DNA of 63,323 nucleotides, counting the filler, from Squatina squatina (Eukaryota), in the NCBI GenBank assembly GCA_031763465.1. It is 4 parts of 3 records of this genome, joined end to end, with 100 filler letters (N's around TTAATTAATTAA, not from the genome) between each part and the next. Parts side by side here need not be neighbours in the genome. Positions count along the whole stretch, not along the records: positions 1 to 16,561 come from JARFOE010000235.1; positions 16,662 to 32,890 come from JARFOE010000219.1; 2 more parts are not named here. One strand, 5' to 3'. Below are positions 11,940-23,818 of this stretch, piece after piece. A program made the translations under genes and the position numbers. Below the pieces are notes generated by a model, which was given only the letters and a program-made list of their open reading frames with translations, was not told the DNA's origin and ran no database searches. Each line of letters begins with the position of its first letter. The stretch's first letter is position 1.

Positions 11940-12149
11940 GAGGGATGGGGGTGGGTGATGTTGTGAGTTCGGGGGAGGGTAATGTTGGGGGATTGGGGAG
12001 GGTAATGTTGGGGGGTGGGGGGAGGGTAATATTAGCAGAATGGGGCAGCGGAATGTTGGGGGTTCGGGGGGAGGGTAATGTTGGGGGTTCGGGGGACGGT
12101 AATGCTGGGGAGTGGCTGGAGTGTCATGTGGGGTTTTGGGGAGTGTACT
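11940..12149 (+). repeat. G-rich minisatellite (~23-25 bp unit, gggggagggtaatgttgggggttc)
   Basis: About 6-7 imperfect units with a ggtaatgttggggg core, running into an assembly gap. Confidence 0.8.
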
Positions 12150-13016
12150 NNNNNNNNNNNNNNNNNNNNNNNNNNNNNNNNNNNNNNNNNNNNNNNNNNN
12201 NNNNNNNNNNNNNNNNNNNNNNNNNNNNNNNNNNNNNNNNNNNNNNNNNACTTCAAAATGCAGTTTTGTAACCGTATTTGTCAAATTACAGTTCTGAAGC
12301 AAAGCACGTGCACCAGTGAACTAAAGTCTTGAGTCAGCCAATGTTTCAACCTAATGTAGAATATTGTGTCGTGCATTGATATACACTCCAGTTAGATTTA
12401 CTTTTGGTATATGCTGCATTTTTAGATCCCAGATTGCATATTGCATATGAAAGAAAATTAAAATTAATACGGAGCTTCATCTGACAAAAGAGGTCATTTG
12501 TCTTCTTGATTATCTATTTGCTTGTCAAAGCTTGAACCATTACACTGTCCAATCCCTTTCTAATACACAAATACTCAGGCACAACGAAAAAATGCTAAGA
12601 GGCACGGCATAACTGATAGAAATGGACTTAACTTTATAAGATTAAAGGTTGCAAAAGAGAAAAAAGGCCATGGTATTGAAGCCAAACGTACAAAGGATAA
12701 CAGATAACCAAACTGGATTAACAAATCTTCACAAAAAGTTATTACCCCTTTGTAATACTGCAAAGTGCATCTATATACACAAGCAGGTGTAAACGCCTCT
12801 AACAATATCAGAATAAGCATTGTATTTGCTCTGAGGTGTACTCTTTTTGGCATTTTTTTCCGCTCAACCAATGTCCTTTGTTATCACCCTGGCCAACTCA
12901 CACAGATAGATGAGCTTAGAGAAATCTGCAGTCATGTTACCAGATCCTATTGCTTCGAGGAATTGTCCAGTAGACTAGGTATAAATAAACAAAGGAAAAG
13001 GTAGACCTTGAAAAAA

Positions 13017-13921
13017 TTTATTTCGCTTATTACTATTTACACGTATTTTGGTCTGGATGAGAATCAATACATACAGAACAATGCAAGGACATAGACTGCT
13101 AACGAAAATACAAACTCCTGTGGGCCCGAACGAAGAAGCTGCTAAACTTAATAGTTTGGAATGTCATAAAGAGTGATGAGGAAATTAAAACAGTTTATCT
13201 ACCTAAGCTTTCACTTTTTTCTGCAAAAGTACATTCTGTTAACACTGAGGCCAGAGGCAAGTATTGTATCGTGGCTGTACAAGTCACATGCAACATTTTA
13301 ATAATCACTTTAAATAACTTTGCTGACATAATTTATTCCTACATATGATTTTTACACGTTTGTTTTTAAAAGTTCAACTACATACATTTTTATTGGCACC
13401 GAAAGAAATATATTTGGGATCAAAACATCTGGGGAAATGGAGTACATGTCAGTTTTATATTCCAAAGAAAATACCCAAAATGCTTCTTTTTGTAAACCCC
13501 ACTGGACAATGACTCCAAGCTTAAAACCACAAGGGCCATCTTGCCGAACTGTTTCAACATTCTTGTTGTGGGTTTGTTTTTGTGTGAATAAAAGACAGTT
13601 TGTCATTCCAGGTTGACGAAACGGAGCCTCATTTATTAAAGTGTTCGTTTGCTGTCGAGGTAATCGTAGGCATAGAGTTCATCCTTTGTACCACCAAGTA
13701 AACATGACAAATGGGGAGACTTTGGCGTGATTAAAGATGAAACGAGGATTCATCTTTGCCAATCTCTTCTGAAAACTGCAATCTACAATATTACTTATGG
13801 GGGAGGGGGGCGAGAGGAGTGGGCAAAATCAGAGTATTTACAGTTTAGACTTTGCCATTATAAATAAACAGTCTTTCAGTTAAAATCCTATGCTTCTGCG
13901 CGCGTCTACCAACAAGAGCAG
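13017..13921 (-). other. Probable HoxB4 3' UTR with several AATAAA signals (13632-13637, 13389-13394, 13332-13337, 13017-13022)
   Basis: AT-rich sequence downstream of the stop, with tttatt on the plus strand. The signal actually used cannot be determined. Confidence 0.5.
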
Positions 13922-14156
13922 CTATAATGTGGCCGATGGTCCATTTGGCTCCTGGTTCTGAGAGCTTCCTTGCGATTGATGACTTGCAGAGGACGAGGAG
14001 CCTGTAGTAGACCTGATTTTGGTATTTGGCAACTTGTGGTCCTTTTTCCATTTCATACGCCTGTTCTGGAACCATATTTTAATCTGTCGTTCTGACAGGC
14101 AAAGAGAATGGGCTATTTCCACCCTGCGTCTCCGGGTTAGGTACCGATTAAAATGG
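13922..14156 (-). CDS. HOXB4: HoxB4 exon 2 (homeodomain C-terminal part and tail; 5' part hidden in gap)
   Basis: [49 protein letters not shown]...[16 protein letters not shown] and NTKIRS distinguish B4 from A4/C4/D4. Confidence 0.93.
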
Positions 14157-14440
14157 NNNNNNNNNNNNNNNNNNNNNNNNNNNNNNNNNNNNNNNNNNNN
14201 NNNNNNNNNNNNNNNNNNNNNNNNNNNNNNNNNNNNNNNNNNNNNNNNNNNNNNNNNNNNNNNNNNNNNNNNNNNNNNNNNNNNNNNNNNNNNNNNNNNN
14301 NNNNNNNNNNNNNNNNNNNNNNNNNNNNNNNNNNNNNNNNNNNNNNNNNNNNNNNNNNNNNNNNNNNNNNNNNNNNNNNNNNNNNNNNNNNNNNNNNNNN
14401 NNNNNNNNNNNNNNNNNNNNNNNNNNNNNNNNNNNNNNCT

Positions 14441-14520
14441 GCAATAAAAATTTATGGAGGATGTGATTACTGACCTCCAGATAGGCGATCGTAAATCTAA
14501 AGAATGGCTATTTACAATGG
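14441..14520 (-). promoter_or_regulatory. Conserved Hox4 intronic element (HB1/CR1-type homeodomain site cluster)
   Basis: Minus strand GTAATCACATCCTCCATAAATTTTTATTGC near the 5' end of the intron resembles the HB1 element (TAAT...CCATAAATTTTTATTG) of vertebrate Hox4 introns. Confidence 0.75.
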
Positions 14521-14573
14521 GTGCAATAGATCCCGGGCTTTCAGGTGGTAAAAAGCCCAGGCAAACGACTCAC

Positions 14574-14979
14574 CGGAGTTTATATGTAATTTCTTCATCC
14601 ACGGATAAACCACAGGCTCTTTGGAACAAGGAGTGTTTTGGTTGCTGAAGTTCTGGCTGCAAGAGGGCGGTGGGCTGGGAGTCACCGAGACACACTGGTG
14701 GCCATGCTTGGCTAAGTGGCTCTGCAGGCCGGTCTGCGATTGCACGGGACCCCTAGGCGCCACGACTTGCTCGTCCGAGCCCTGGAGGTTGCTGCAAGAG
14801 GAGTAGGACTGCTCGCTGTACGCTGACCGCGGGTACATCGCCTCATGCTGGAACCCGGGCTCCCGTGCCCGGGTATAGTATTCCGGAGAATGGCTTGGTA
14901 GGTAATTGTTCTGTGAATATTCTTCACACGGTGGAAATTTAGGGTCCACATAGTTAGAGTTAATCAAAAACGAACTCAT
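14574..14979 (-). CDS. HOXB4: HoxB4 exon 1
   Basis: MSSFLINSNYVDPKFPPCEEYSQ...KEPVVYPWMKKLHINS with the YPWM hexapeptide. Phase-1 donor G|GTGAGT at 14573; 406 nt. Confidence 0.95.
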
Positions 14980-15039
14980 GACCTTTAATATCTGAAATGC
15001 AAAATAACTCAAAATTTTTTCTAACCCTGCCGTTTTTTC

Positions 15040-15120
15040 CTGTTCCCTAAAACCCTCCTACTTTACTGTCAAGTGAACAAAGTTAGGCGTTCATGTGACA
15101 CAGGCAGCCAATGGCAGGTC
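15040..15120 (-). promoter_or_regulatory. Conserved Hox4 promoter/5'UTR block (GCCATTGG NF-Y/YY1-type site, E-box CACATG, TTCACTTGACAGTAAAGTAGGAGGG)
   Basis: Motifs seen directly 60-140 nt upstream of the ATG, resembling the conserved group-4 Hox upstream block. Confidence 0.7.
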
Positions 15121-16385
15121 CCGTTCGATTCCCGGATAAGGAAATAGAATTGGACGTTGAATGCTCCCAACCTTCTCCTCTAAGCAGTTTTTGATTACAG
15201 CTTTTAACGTGTGTGTTTTTTTGATTCCTGAAACTTAGCAAGTTTACAAATAGAATCTTCCTGCTTCAAGTCCGTTAAAGTCTTGACTTGAAGCCGACCA
15301 AAGGTTTCTAGATTATGCACATCAATGGTTTGTTAGTCGATATCATTCCAAAAAAAAAATGTTTTAATTGAGTCAGCTTATTTAAAAGCATAAAAAAGGA
15401 TCTGCTCTGTTAGAATCTATCCGTGGTTTGTAAATCTTTCTGTAATCGCCACGCTAACGCCTTTGCAGAGCTTGCGGAGGGGGAAGGCGTTTGGGCTGGC
15501 AAAGATAAATCGGGCTGCTTCGGATCAATAGAAAATTCATCAACTAATTCAGGGCACCTAAGTCAACAAATTACATTTACCAGTGCATTAGACGGGCGAT
15601 TTGCACCCAGAATATCCCTTGCTGAAACAATTCTGCTCGAACCATCCCCAAAATATAAGCTCGAAACATTACACAGGTGTCAACCACACGAAGTTGCGCA
15701 TGTTCGATTAAAAACATCGCAAAACTGCGGAAGGAGCATTGGCACATGCGTGTCTCGTTGCCACATTGAATCGCTTTCGTTTCTGCAATTAAAATGCTCC
15801 ACATATTGCAGTGGGGCTGCAACATCCNNNNNNNNNNNNNNNNNNNNNNNNNNNNNNNNNNNNNNNNNNNNNNNNNNNNNNNNNNNNNNNNNNNNNNNNN
15901 NNNNNNNNNNNNNNNNNNNNNNNNNNTACAAAAACCGAGGGGAAAATAGACACAAATAACTGGAATCAAATAAGTGAAGATGTTCACATACTTTTAATGA
16001 ATTGTAGACTCTAACGCCATGCACAGCAAATGATATGCGTGGGGGTTTCGAAATGATAAATTTCTAAGTCATAACAAACCTTTTAAATCGGATCATTTCC
16101 AAACGGAGGAATGCGCGGGATTATCGAAAAAGTTAACAGTTACATTCCATATTTAAATGACGTAACAAACACAACACCAGAGAGTGCTGAGAGTTCCTGC
16201 AACAAGACAAAAAAATAAAGGGGGAAGGATAGCACGCCATGACAGGCAGCAATCACACCCGCAGAATCAGGTAGATGAACACTACGCTTCGATTTTATTT
16301 ATTTAGATATATTATCGATTTGTAGAAAGAAGATTCCAGACGCGAGCATATTCTTCTGTCTTCCGGGTGAATGTTGTAGCGCTTG

Positions 16386-16476
16386 TGTCCACTACATACT
16401 CCCCTAGATACGAATTTGTGACCACAACTTTGTCAACACAAATTCGGATCTACAGGGTATATATAGAGGACAGACA
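16386..16476 (-). ncRNA. MIR10A: mir-10a precursor; mature 5p TACCCTGTAGATCCGAATTTGTG at 16437-16459, 3p arm at 16397-16418
   Basis: Canonical miR-10a-5p sequence with a complementary CAAATTCGTATCTAGGGGAGTA arm forming a hairpin, ~1.4 kb upstream of HoxB4 on the same strand. Not visible in the ORF track. Confidence 0.97.
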
Positions 16477-16561
16477 GATAGTTTTTCAGCATTTTTATAG
16501 CTCAGAGACGTTCAGAAGCATCCATCTGCACATTCTATTGAACCAAATGTACAAAAGTATG

Positions 16562-16661
16562 NNNNNNNNNNNNNNNNNNNNNNNNNNNNNNNNNNNNNNN
16601 NNNNNTTAATTAATTAANNNNNNNNNNNNNNNNNNNNNNNNNNNNNNNNNNNNNNNNNNNN
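16562..16661. other. Artificial concatenation linker N44-TTAATTAATTAA-N44
   Basis: Identical structure at three places; the 12-mer gives stops in all six frames and the flanks are unrelated loci. Confidence 0.95.
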
Positions 16662-17159
16662 ATGGCACTATTTCAAAGAAGAGATTGTGTGTGTTTTTTT
16701 TAAATAAATGTGCAGCTCAAAGTTTCCGACCTGGGTCAGTTGCATCCTCATTGACTTGGGGTGGGGACAGAAATCATTTCAGGTTTGAAGTAGTCAATTC
16801 CCATAGGTTGCACTGCCTAGCTGAGGTTCAGGCTTCTCGTGTTACTAGGCCGTGTGGCCTTGCACCCATTAAGGTAAGGAGGCCCCTGGAATGCTCAGAG
16901 CACCAGAGAATAACTGGTTTTAGTTTCTAATTTTTTTTATTCCAACCTTTTTCCCCTCCTCGACCAGGAACAGGAGGCGGCTATTCGCCCCATCAAACCT
17001 GTTCTGCCATTCATTCAGATCGTGGCTGATCTGTATCTTAACTCCATCTACCATTCTTCACAAGTGAACCCAGGCAGAGACTGGCAACAGGCTGCTTTAA
17101 CATGTGTGGCATCACAATTAATCTTGTCTTTAGCCAGAAAACCTACCATTACACAATCT

Positions 17160-17161
17160 CC

Positions 17162-17197
<36 letters not shown>

Positions 17198-17203
17198 AAC
17201 ACA
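17160..17203. repeat. (CT)n(CA)n compound microsatellite
   Basis: Seen directly. Confidence 0.85.
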
Positions 17204-17609
17204 GGTTACTGGACAACAAATCAGGAGCAGGAACCCAAACTCATTTTCTTGATTTTTTAAATCTCCTTAGCCCAGGGGCTCTGAGACTAATTAACTCAGC
17301 ACAGAACAGGGCTCAAACCGGGAGAACATCTGGTGTGTGTGGTTCAGTGCTGTTCTAAGTGGTGCCTTTAGCCACTGGACCACCAGGGGAACTGACCTTG
17401 CACAATGACATTATTGGTAATAAAGTGGGTAACTTCCAGTCTTTAAAGGACGGAGAAAGAGATCAGATTCTGATTTTAAACTTTGGCGAACTTCTTTTTT
17501 TGAACTTGGAATAGCAAGAAAATGACAAGCCAGCCTCAGCAAAATACTCCTGGACCATTTCCTTCGAGTACAGGCAAAGCCTAAACTTCCCCATACCTTC
17601 CATTTTTTG

Positions 17610-17780
17610 GGTGAGACATTAAACCGAGACTCCGGCTGCCCCCTCAGGTGCATGTAAAAGAAATTCCATGGCACTATTTCAAAGAACAGCAGGGGTGTTC
17701 TCCCTGGAGTCCTGACCAATATTTATCCTTCCATCAGCATCACAAAAACAGATTGTCTGGTCATATTGCTGTTTGTGGCC
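17610..17780 (+). mobile_element. DeuSINE (SacSINE1-like) central Deu-domain fragment
   Basis: ccctcaggtgcatgtaaaagaaattccatggcactatttcaaagaacagcagggg...ccaatatttatcc...cagattgtctggtcat matches the recalled Deu domain; atggcactatttcaaagaa recurs at 16662. Confidence 0.75.
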
Positions 17781-19971
17781 TCTCTCTCCCTGGCCTCCCG
17801 CTCCCCAGGTCTCTCGTTCCCCGTGCCCCCGCTCACTCACTCCCTCTCCGGCTCCAGGACTCCAGCACTGAGTGACCCTGCCGGCACTGGTCATGCTCAA
17901 TCAGCTGCGATGGGCGGGGCCACATTGTCCGCATGCCTGACACAAGACTCCCAAAACAAGCACTCTACTCCGAGCATCGTCACGGCAAGTGATTACCAGG
18001 AGGGCAGAGGAAGTGCTTCAAGGACGTCCTCAAAGCCTCCCTGAAAAAATGTAACATCCCCACCGACTCATGGGAANNNNNNNNNNNNNNNNNNNNNNNN
18101 NNNNNNNNNNNNNNNNNNNNNNNNNNNNNNNNNNNNNNNNNNNNNNNNNNNNNNNNNNNNNNNNNNNNNNNNNNNNCAGAAGTAGCCATGGATGGCGTAG
18201 AGATACCAGCGAGAGAGGGCACTCAGAGGCTCTGCTGCAGCCATCCTCAGTCAATGGAGGGAAGGGGTAAAAGCAGAGTGGGAGAGAGAAAGCTGCAAAG
18301 ATAAAACACAGATCCCGTTACACGAAAACGAGCGGACGAGGGTAAAGCATTAACCACTGCTTGGAAACACAGAATTCATTTTTTTTTAAAAGATACCAAC
18401 CTGCAGAACCCCTTCCCCCTCATTAATCAGCGCTCAGCAATTGCACAGACAATGGCTCTGCGTCGGTCGGGCACTTAGCAGAAGCAGAATGCGGGAAGTA
18501 CCACAGCTCAGAGCTGAATGGGGAACGGTGTGAGACTTCAGTGGAGCATCCCTGCAGCTCAGTACTCTTGCAAGGCAGCTGAGAACGGAGGGCATAAAAG
18601 GACGCTCACAAAGCAGCACAGACCCACCGCAACATGTATTTTAACCTCTAGGCTGCCAGGGGCAGACTATGCCAAGGATGGGTTGTGTTACAGAGGATAT
18701 TAAACATGCAACACACTGCAGCCTCCGAACATTGTGAGGCAGTCGAGATAATTCAGTCCACACGACAAGGGCTGGATGGAGACCAGATTCGACATCTAAC
18801 AAGCACATCTTATATATACCCACGTACACTTACAGATACAAGGCACACTTGTGTGTGCACATTTACTTATAATACATCAGACAGGTACATACGTGTAGAN
18901 NNNNNNNNNNNNNNNNNNNNNNNNNNNNNNNNNNNNNNNNNNNNNNNNNNNNNNNNNNNNNNNNNNNNNNNNNNNNNNNNNNNNNNNNNNNNNNNNNNNC
19001 ATGTCAGCAGACAGCTCCAAGTCTAAAACAACTCCACCTAGTGATAAACTCCTTCAAAATGTCAAATCCCCACTCATGTTATTTTGTGAACTGAGTACAA
19101 TACAAAGTTGGTCCTGGTCCCCTCCCCCCAAACTGGGAATAGCACACTCAAATGCATGAATGCAGTTATCCCCAATCTGCTCAACCATAATTGCGACACG
19201 GACAGCTTCAAGTTACTGAGTACAAGACTGGTAGCAGATTGTTACAAGGCTGCTTCTACGAATGAGATCCAGAGTTATTCACAGCTGTACAGTGCATAAC
19301 AAAAAAGTTGCATGTTTGAGGTCAAATGACAAGCTTTGTTCTCCTTCCCTATGTCTTCGAGACTCAATTCCTAACTAATTTTCTCCCAGAACCTCCAAAC
19401 TGGGACACCTCACTTTCCTCAAGCTTCCATTTCCCCCTACTACCTACAGGCGTTGAAACTCCAAGCTGGGCACCACATCTGTTCTGAATCATCGGCAAAC
19501 CAAGCTGAGCGTTAATGACCAAATCCCACGATGCAGGACATCACCAAGATTGAATGAAGAGACACAACGTACACCATGAGGTAGTGACCATAGGGTGACA
19601 CCAAGCTTAGGTTTTAACAGACTGAAGTTTGTAGCAGGAAGGAAGGGAAGACAGAGAGGGAAGGAATTGCACAGCTTGTAGGTCCTGAGAAAAACTAGAT
19701 CAACGTAGCAAGGATAGTGAGCGTACAGGTCAGGTATTTACTGATCTGCATTACACTTTCTAATTTACCTCATCATCTCTTCTACTCTTTTTTAGTCTTA
19801 ATGGTGTCTTCACCTTGGTTTCTGAATGAACAAGCCTTATTGTGCCTTTTGGTGGGGGGAGGGGAGGGGGCATGGTGGCGTTGAAGACTTGGCACTGACA
19901 CTCTTGTGTAACTTAAGGCGTCAAGTGTCGATGTTGATCTGCTTAGGGCTGGAAACCTTTAGCAGTCTTAC

Positions 19972-20123
19972 CTGGTTTCATCAGTTGCCATGAAAAAGAC
20001 GTCGCCAGGGGCATCGATCCAGTTCAGCCGCCTACGCTTCACTGGTGGCACCGAGCCTGCCCGTGGAGCTCTGACACTGGCTGGGTAAGACCTCCCATTG
20101 ACCATAGAGTTTCGAGCAGGTCC
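19972..20123 (-). CDS. MTA1: MTA1 penultimate-type coding exon
   Basis: GPARNSMVNGRSYPASVRAPRAGSVPPVKRRRLNWIDAPGDVFFMATDETR; CAG| acceptor and |GTAAG donor; 152 nt. Confidence 0.9.
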
Positions 20124-20687
20124 CTGCAGGAGGGCAGAGGACAATAATATGGTAACTGGGAAAAAAATTAAATGGCCTCGTGCAGACGTCATTCTTCAGC
20201 TAGCTAAAACACTANNNNNNNNNNNNNNNNNNNNNNNNNNNNNNNNNNNNNNNNNNNNNNNNNNNNNNNNNNNNNNNNNNNNNNNNNNNNNNNNNNNNNN
20301 NNNNNNNNNNNNNNTAGGCACAGAGTGATACTTGAACCTGTAATTCCAATCTTTCCATTGGGGTGGACAAACTGATTAATTTTCCCACTGCCTATGGACT
20401 GGGTTCAAATACAAATGGAGACTCCAGCTCCAATCCCATTCTGCCTGGTTTAGTCAGGCAATATTTTAATTTATTTCAGAGTATTACTTAAATTATGCGT
20501 GAGGGTGAAGACGGTGCGATTGTAAGACCGTGCATGGCAAACAGTGCAATCGAGTTCTGATCAGCAGCAGTCAGGTATGAATCCCAGGATCACCGACTGA
20601 CGATGAATCTGAACTCAGTCCGCTAGGCTCCCGATGAATAAAGAAACGATCTGAGGGGGTGACAGTGCCATTGGACTGACTGCCCGA

Positions 20688-20748
20688 AGCCTGGGTACAA
20701 GGAGCACCAACAGTAGCCTGGCTACAAGGAGCACCAACAGTAGCCTGG
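20688..20748. repeat. 27-bp tandem duplication (agcctgg-tacaaggagcaccaacagt)x2
   Basis: Seen directly. Confidence 0.85.
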
Positions 20749-20859
20749 CAGCCTGGAGCTTGGTTCCAGATGGTGAGCTGGGTTGATGAAGGAGGAAGGT
20801 TCACCCCAAAAAAAGTGACGAGAATCATACAGCACAGAAGGAGGCCATTTGGCCCGTCG

Positions 20860-21292
20860 CCCCTGTGCTCACTGACCTACATTGGCTTCCTGTCCAGCAA
20901 CGCCTCAATTTTAAAATTCCCATCCTTGTTTTTAAATCCCTCCATGGCCTCGCCCCTCCCATCTCTGGAACTTCCTTCAGACCTATAACCCTTCAAGATC
21001 TCTGCGCTCCTCCAATTCTGGTTTCTTGTGCATCCCCGATTTTAATCGCTGCACCATTGCCATCTGTGCTTTCAGCTGCCAAGGCCCTGAGCTCTGAAAT
21101 TCCCTCCCTAAACTTCTCTGCCTCTCTACCTCTATTTCCTCCTTTAAGACGCTCCTTAAAACCTACCTTTTTGACCAAGCTTTTGGTCACCTGCCCTAAT
21201 TTCTCCTTATGTGGCTGGGTGTCAGATTTTTTTATCTCAATACACCTGTCAAGCACCTTGGGATGTTTCGCTATACAAATACCAAGTTGTTG
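20860..21292 (+). mobile_element. L2/CR1-group LINE 3' end
   Basis: PVLTDLHWLPVQQRLNFKI.ILVFKSLHGLAP C-terminal motif followed by a 3' tail; a related copy lies at 39120-39400 in the opposite orientation. Confidence 0.8.
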
Positions 21293-21513
21293 AAAAACTA
21301 AAATGGATGAAATAAATATCTAGCAATGAAACCAAATATGGCAAGACTGAAATCAACAGGTAAAAGAAATTGACAAATGCACAAAATATAATATATACTT
21401 AAAGATTAAAAGGATACCCCCCACATAAACACACAAGTTTATTTTTGCTTTTTGTAACAGAGCAGCATTGTGCAATTGGAAATGATGACAATTGACTTTA
21501 AACAGGAAAATAA

Positions 21514-21527
21514 CCACTAGAGGGCAC
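21514..21527 (+). promoter_or_regulatory. CTCF consensus-like site CCACTAGAGGGCAC in an MTA1 intron
   Basis: Close match to the CTCF core; motif only. Confidence 0.4.
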
Positions 21528-21714
21528 TGCCTGCAGCATTAAATGGGGAATGAAGGCAAGTGGTTAACTGAAACCTAATTTAATTCTGTGAACACAGCAG
21601 TAACTCTTTTGCACCAAGTTTGACATCACTTGAGGTATTTGGGGGGCAGGGGGAAGTGTTCAGTGACTTGGTACTTTTCCCATCTAATTCTGTCTCTTGA
21701 TCTTAAGCATTAAA

Positions 21715-21825
21715 GAGGAAAGACTTGCATTTCTATAGCATCTTTCATAGCCGCCGGATGTCCCAAAGCACTTTGCAGCCAATGAAGTACTTTATAAAGT
21801 GGAGTCACTGTTGTAATGTAGGAAC
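21715..21825 (-). mobile_element. DeuSINE/SacSINE1-like 3' tail
   Basis: aaagacttgcatttctatagc...tcccaaagcacttt.cagccaatgaagtacttt...gtcactgttgtaatgtaggaa; a similar copy lies at 22270-22370. Confidence 0.7.
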
Positions 21826-22082
21826 TGATTAAGCTAGAAACTGCAAATNNNNNNNNNNNNNNNNNNNNNNNNNNNNNNNNNNNNNNNNNNNNNNNNNNNN
21901 NNNNNNNNNNNNNNNNNNNNNNNNNNNNNNNNNNNNNNNNNNNNNNNNCCGCCCCCCCACCATAAGTATCTGCGAATAACCCTGAAGTAGCAGGCGCATG
22001 AACAAATTAAATTGTATAGTAATCTGAATGTACATTCCTTAAAACAATCCAGGAACTGCACCCTCCAGTCTGAAAAACTAAC

Positions 22083-22229
22083 CGTCTATGCCATTGTGCT
22101 GCTCGTAGCTGCGCTTGCCAAGGATGGTTGGAGAGCTGTGATTTAAGATGGGCATCAGCTTTGCAGGAGTGACATTGCTGATGTGCAAACTGGCATTGTG
22201 TGGGTCTTGCTTCGGGCATGGATGGGCCT
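22083..22229 (-). CDS. MTA1: MTA1 internal exon
   Basis: (E)AHPCPKQDPHNASLHISNVTPAKLMPILNHSSPTILGKRSYEQHNGID(G); CACAG| acceptor and |GTTAG donor; 147 nt, phase 1-1. Confidence 0.88.
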
Positions 22230-22782
22230 CTGTGGACAAAGAGAAGGTGGTCAGCATTCAAATACAAGAACAAAAAAAAACTTATATTTATATAGCATGT
22301 TTCACCACCTCAGGACGTCAAAGTGTTTCACAACCACGGAAATACTTTTGAAGTGCAGTCTCTGTTGTAATGGCGGAACCGCTCCTGCATGACCCTCCAA
22401 TTTCTCCAGGCCCCTGTTGGATGATGCCACAGCTTAACACCTGCCTACTTAACAAAGCTCAGATCGTGAACGTACCAGGATCAAATCTATTTCAGTTCAT
22501 ACCCTCTGGCACTGAGTGCTCAAGTCCACTGTTCCCTCTAAGCTCCACATATGCCTGGCCGTATGGTAATCTTCCTGCAGGCCACTCGCAAGCTTTTCCA
22601 CTGGAGATACCGTGTATGTGCAGAAAGTTAAAGGGACCGTGCATTGAAATAAACAAACCGTACACAACAAAGCGCAGCTTGGAGGGAACGCTGTCCACGT
22701 CACCCTGCTGCCCCCACTTCCCTTCTTTTAAACAATAAAAATATTTCTCATTGGCTATAACGCGGTTTAAAAATAACATAGA

Positions 22783-23818
22783 GGGCCTGAAGTTGCGGCC
22801 CCTGCTGGTGCGTATACGCCCACAGGAGCCATGACTTCATATTGGCTACGCGAGTTCGAGGTTTCGGGATGCGAAGCGTATGCACCTAAACCCGGAACTC
22901 GTGATCTGTTAAGATTTCTCTTGACAGATCGCACGCATCCGAATCTAAAGGGCCTCCGCTGGCGGGGAGTTGGGCCATTTGCCTGCTTTTTCAGTTGTAA
23001 AACATTTAAAGCACACAAAAGGAATTTTTTTCAATAATTTTTAAGAATTTATTGGGGCCCCAATTCAACAGTGCCGAAATCCGGCTCTGCATTGGTCCAG
23101 GGCTAGGTTTTTTCTCGCCGGTCCCGGAGCGATGTTTTCTGTCCCGGAATTGGGGTCTTTGATTCTTTTCCGGGTCAGCGCAACGAGTCAGCGCCAATGA
23201 AGCACTGACCCCAGCGCTGACCTTAAAAATTGCTGGGCAGTGCGGACCAGCATCCGCAATGTGGCTAACGCCACGCTGCCGAGGCCACCGCACATGCGTC
23301 AGCCACGACCCCGCCCCTACCTTAAAGGGGAGGGCCGGCGGCTGAAGCAGTGGAGCCTCGGGGCACGTCGCTGGGCCAGGAGGGAGCCAGGTTGGTGCCA
23401 GCAAAATGCCAGCACACCAGCGAGCTTGCCGGCAAATCTGCAAAGAGACGGCTGGTGGCCAATCGGCCAAACATCAGCCGACACGAACGTTGGCGTAATC
23501 ACCTCCCCTTTAAGTGTTGCTGGCAACGAGAGGTCAAACCTGTCATTGCCAACTACGCGGGCCTCGCCGGCGAGCCAATTCCGGTTGCGGCTCGCCCGCG
23601 TCACCAAAGGGGATCGCGGGGCGGCGGTACAGGGTCGGCGCATGACTTGATGATGTTGTGCGTCAACCCGCGGCGCCAATGGCGTCCCCGTCAAAGAGGC
23701 CTTTGTGCCACCAGGGCAATTCCGTAAAATGAAAAAATTGACCCTTGTGCTGCTTTAGCACCCGGGTCACAACACTTTTCGGCGCGAGCATGGCACTAAA
23801 ACAGACCAATTCGGCCCC
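22783..23818. mobile_element. GC/CpG-rich non-autonomous DNA transposon (Harbinger-like MITE) in an MTA1 intron
   Basis: Imperfect terminal inverted repeats GGGCCTGAAGTTG ... CAATTCGGCCCC bound a sharp GC-rich island with no recognisable ORF. Confidence 0.55.

Noticed and set aside
13922-14979. Assignment as HoxA4, HoxC4 or HoxD4
   Set aside because: VEIAH, NTKIRS and the adjacent mir-10a indicate HoxB4.
16606-16617. TTAATTAATTAA as a homeodomain-binding palindrome or recurring biological motif
   Set aside because: Always centred in 44+44 Ns; a synthetic linker.
23006-23727. Overlapping 125-154 aa ORFs as novel genes
   Set aside because: They lie in a GC-rich repeat-like element within an MTA1 intron and have no recognisable domains.
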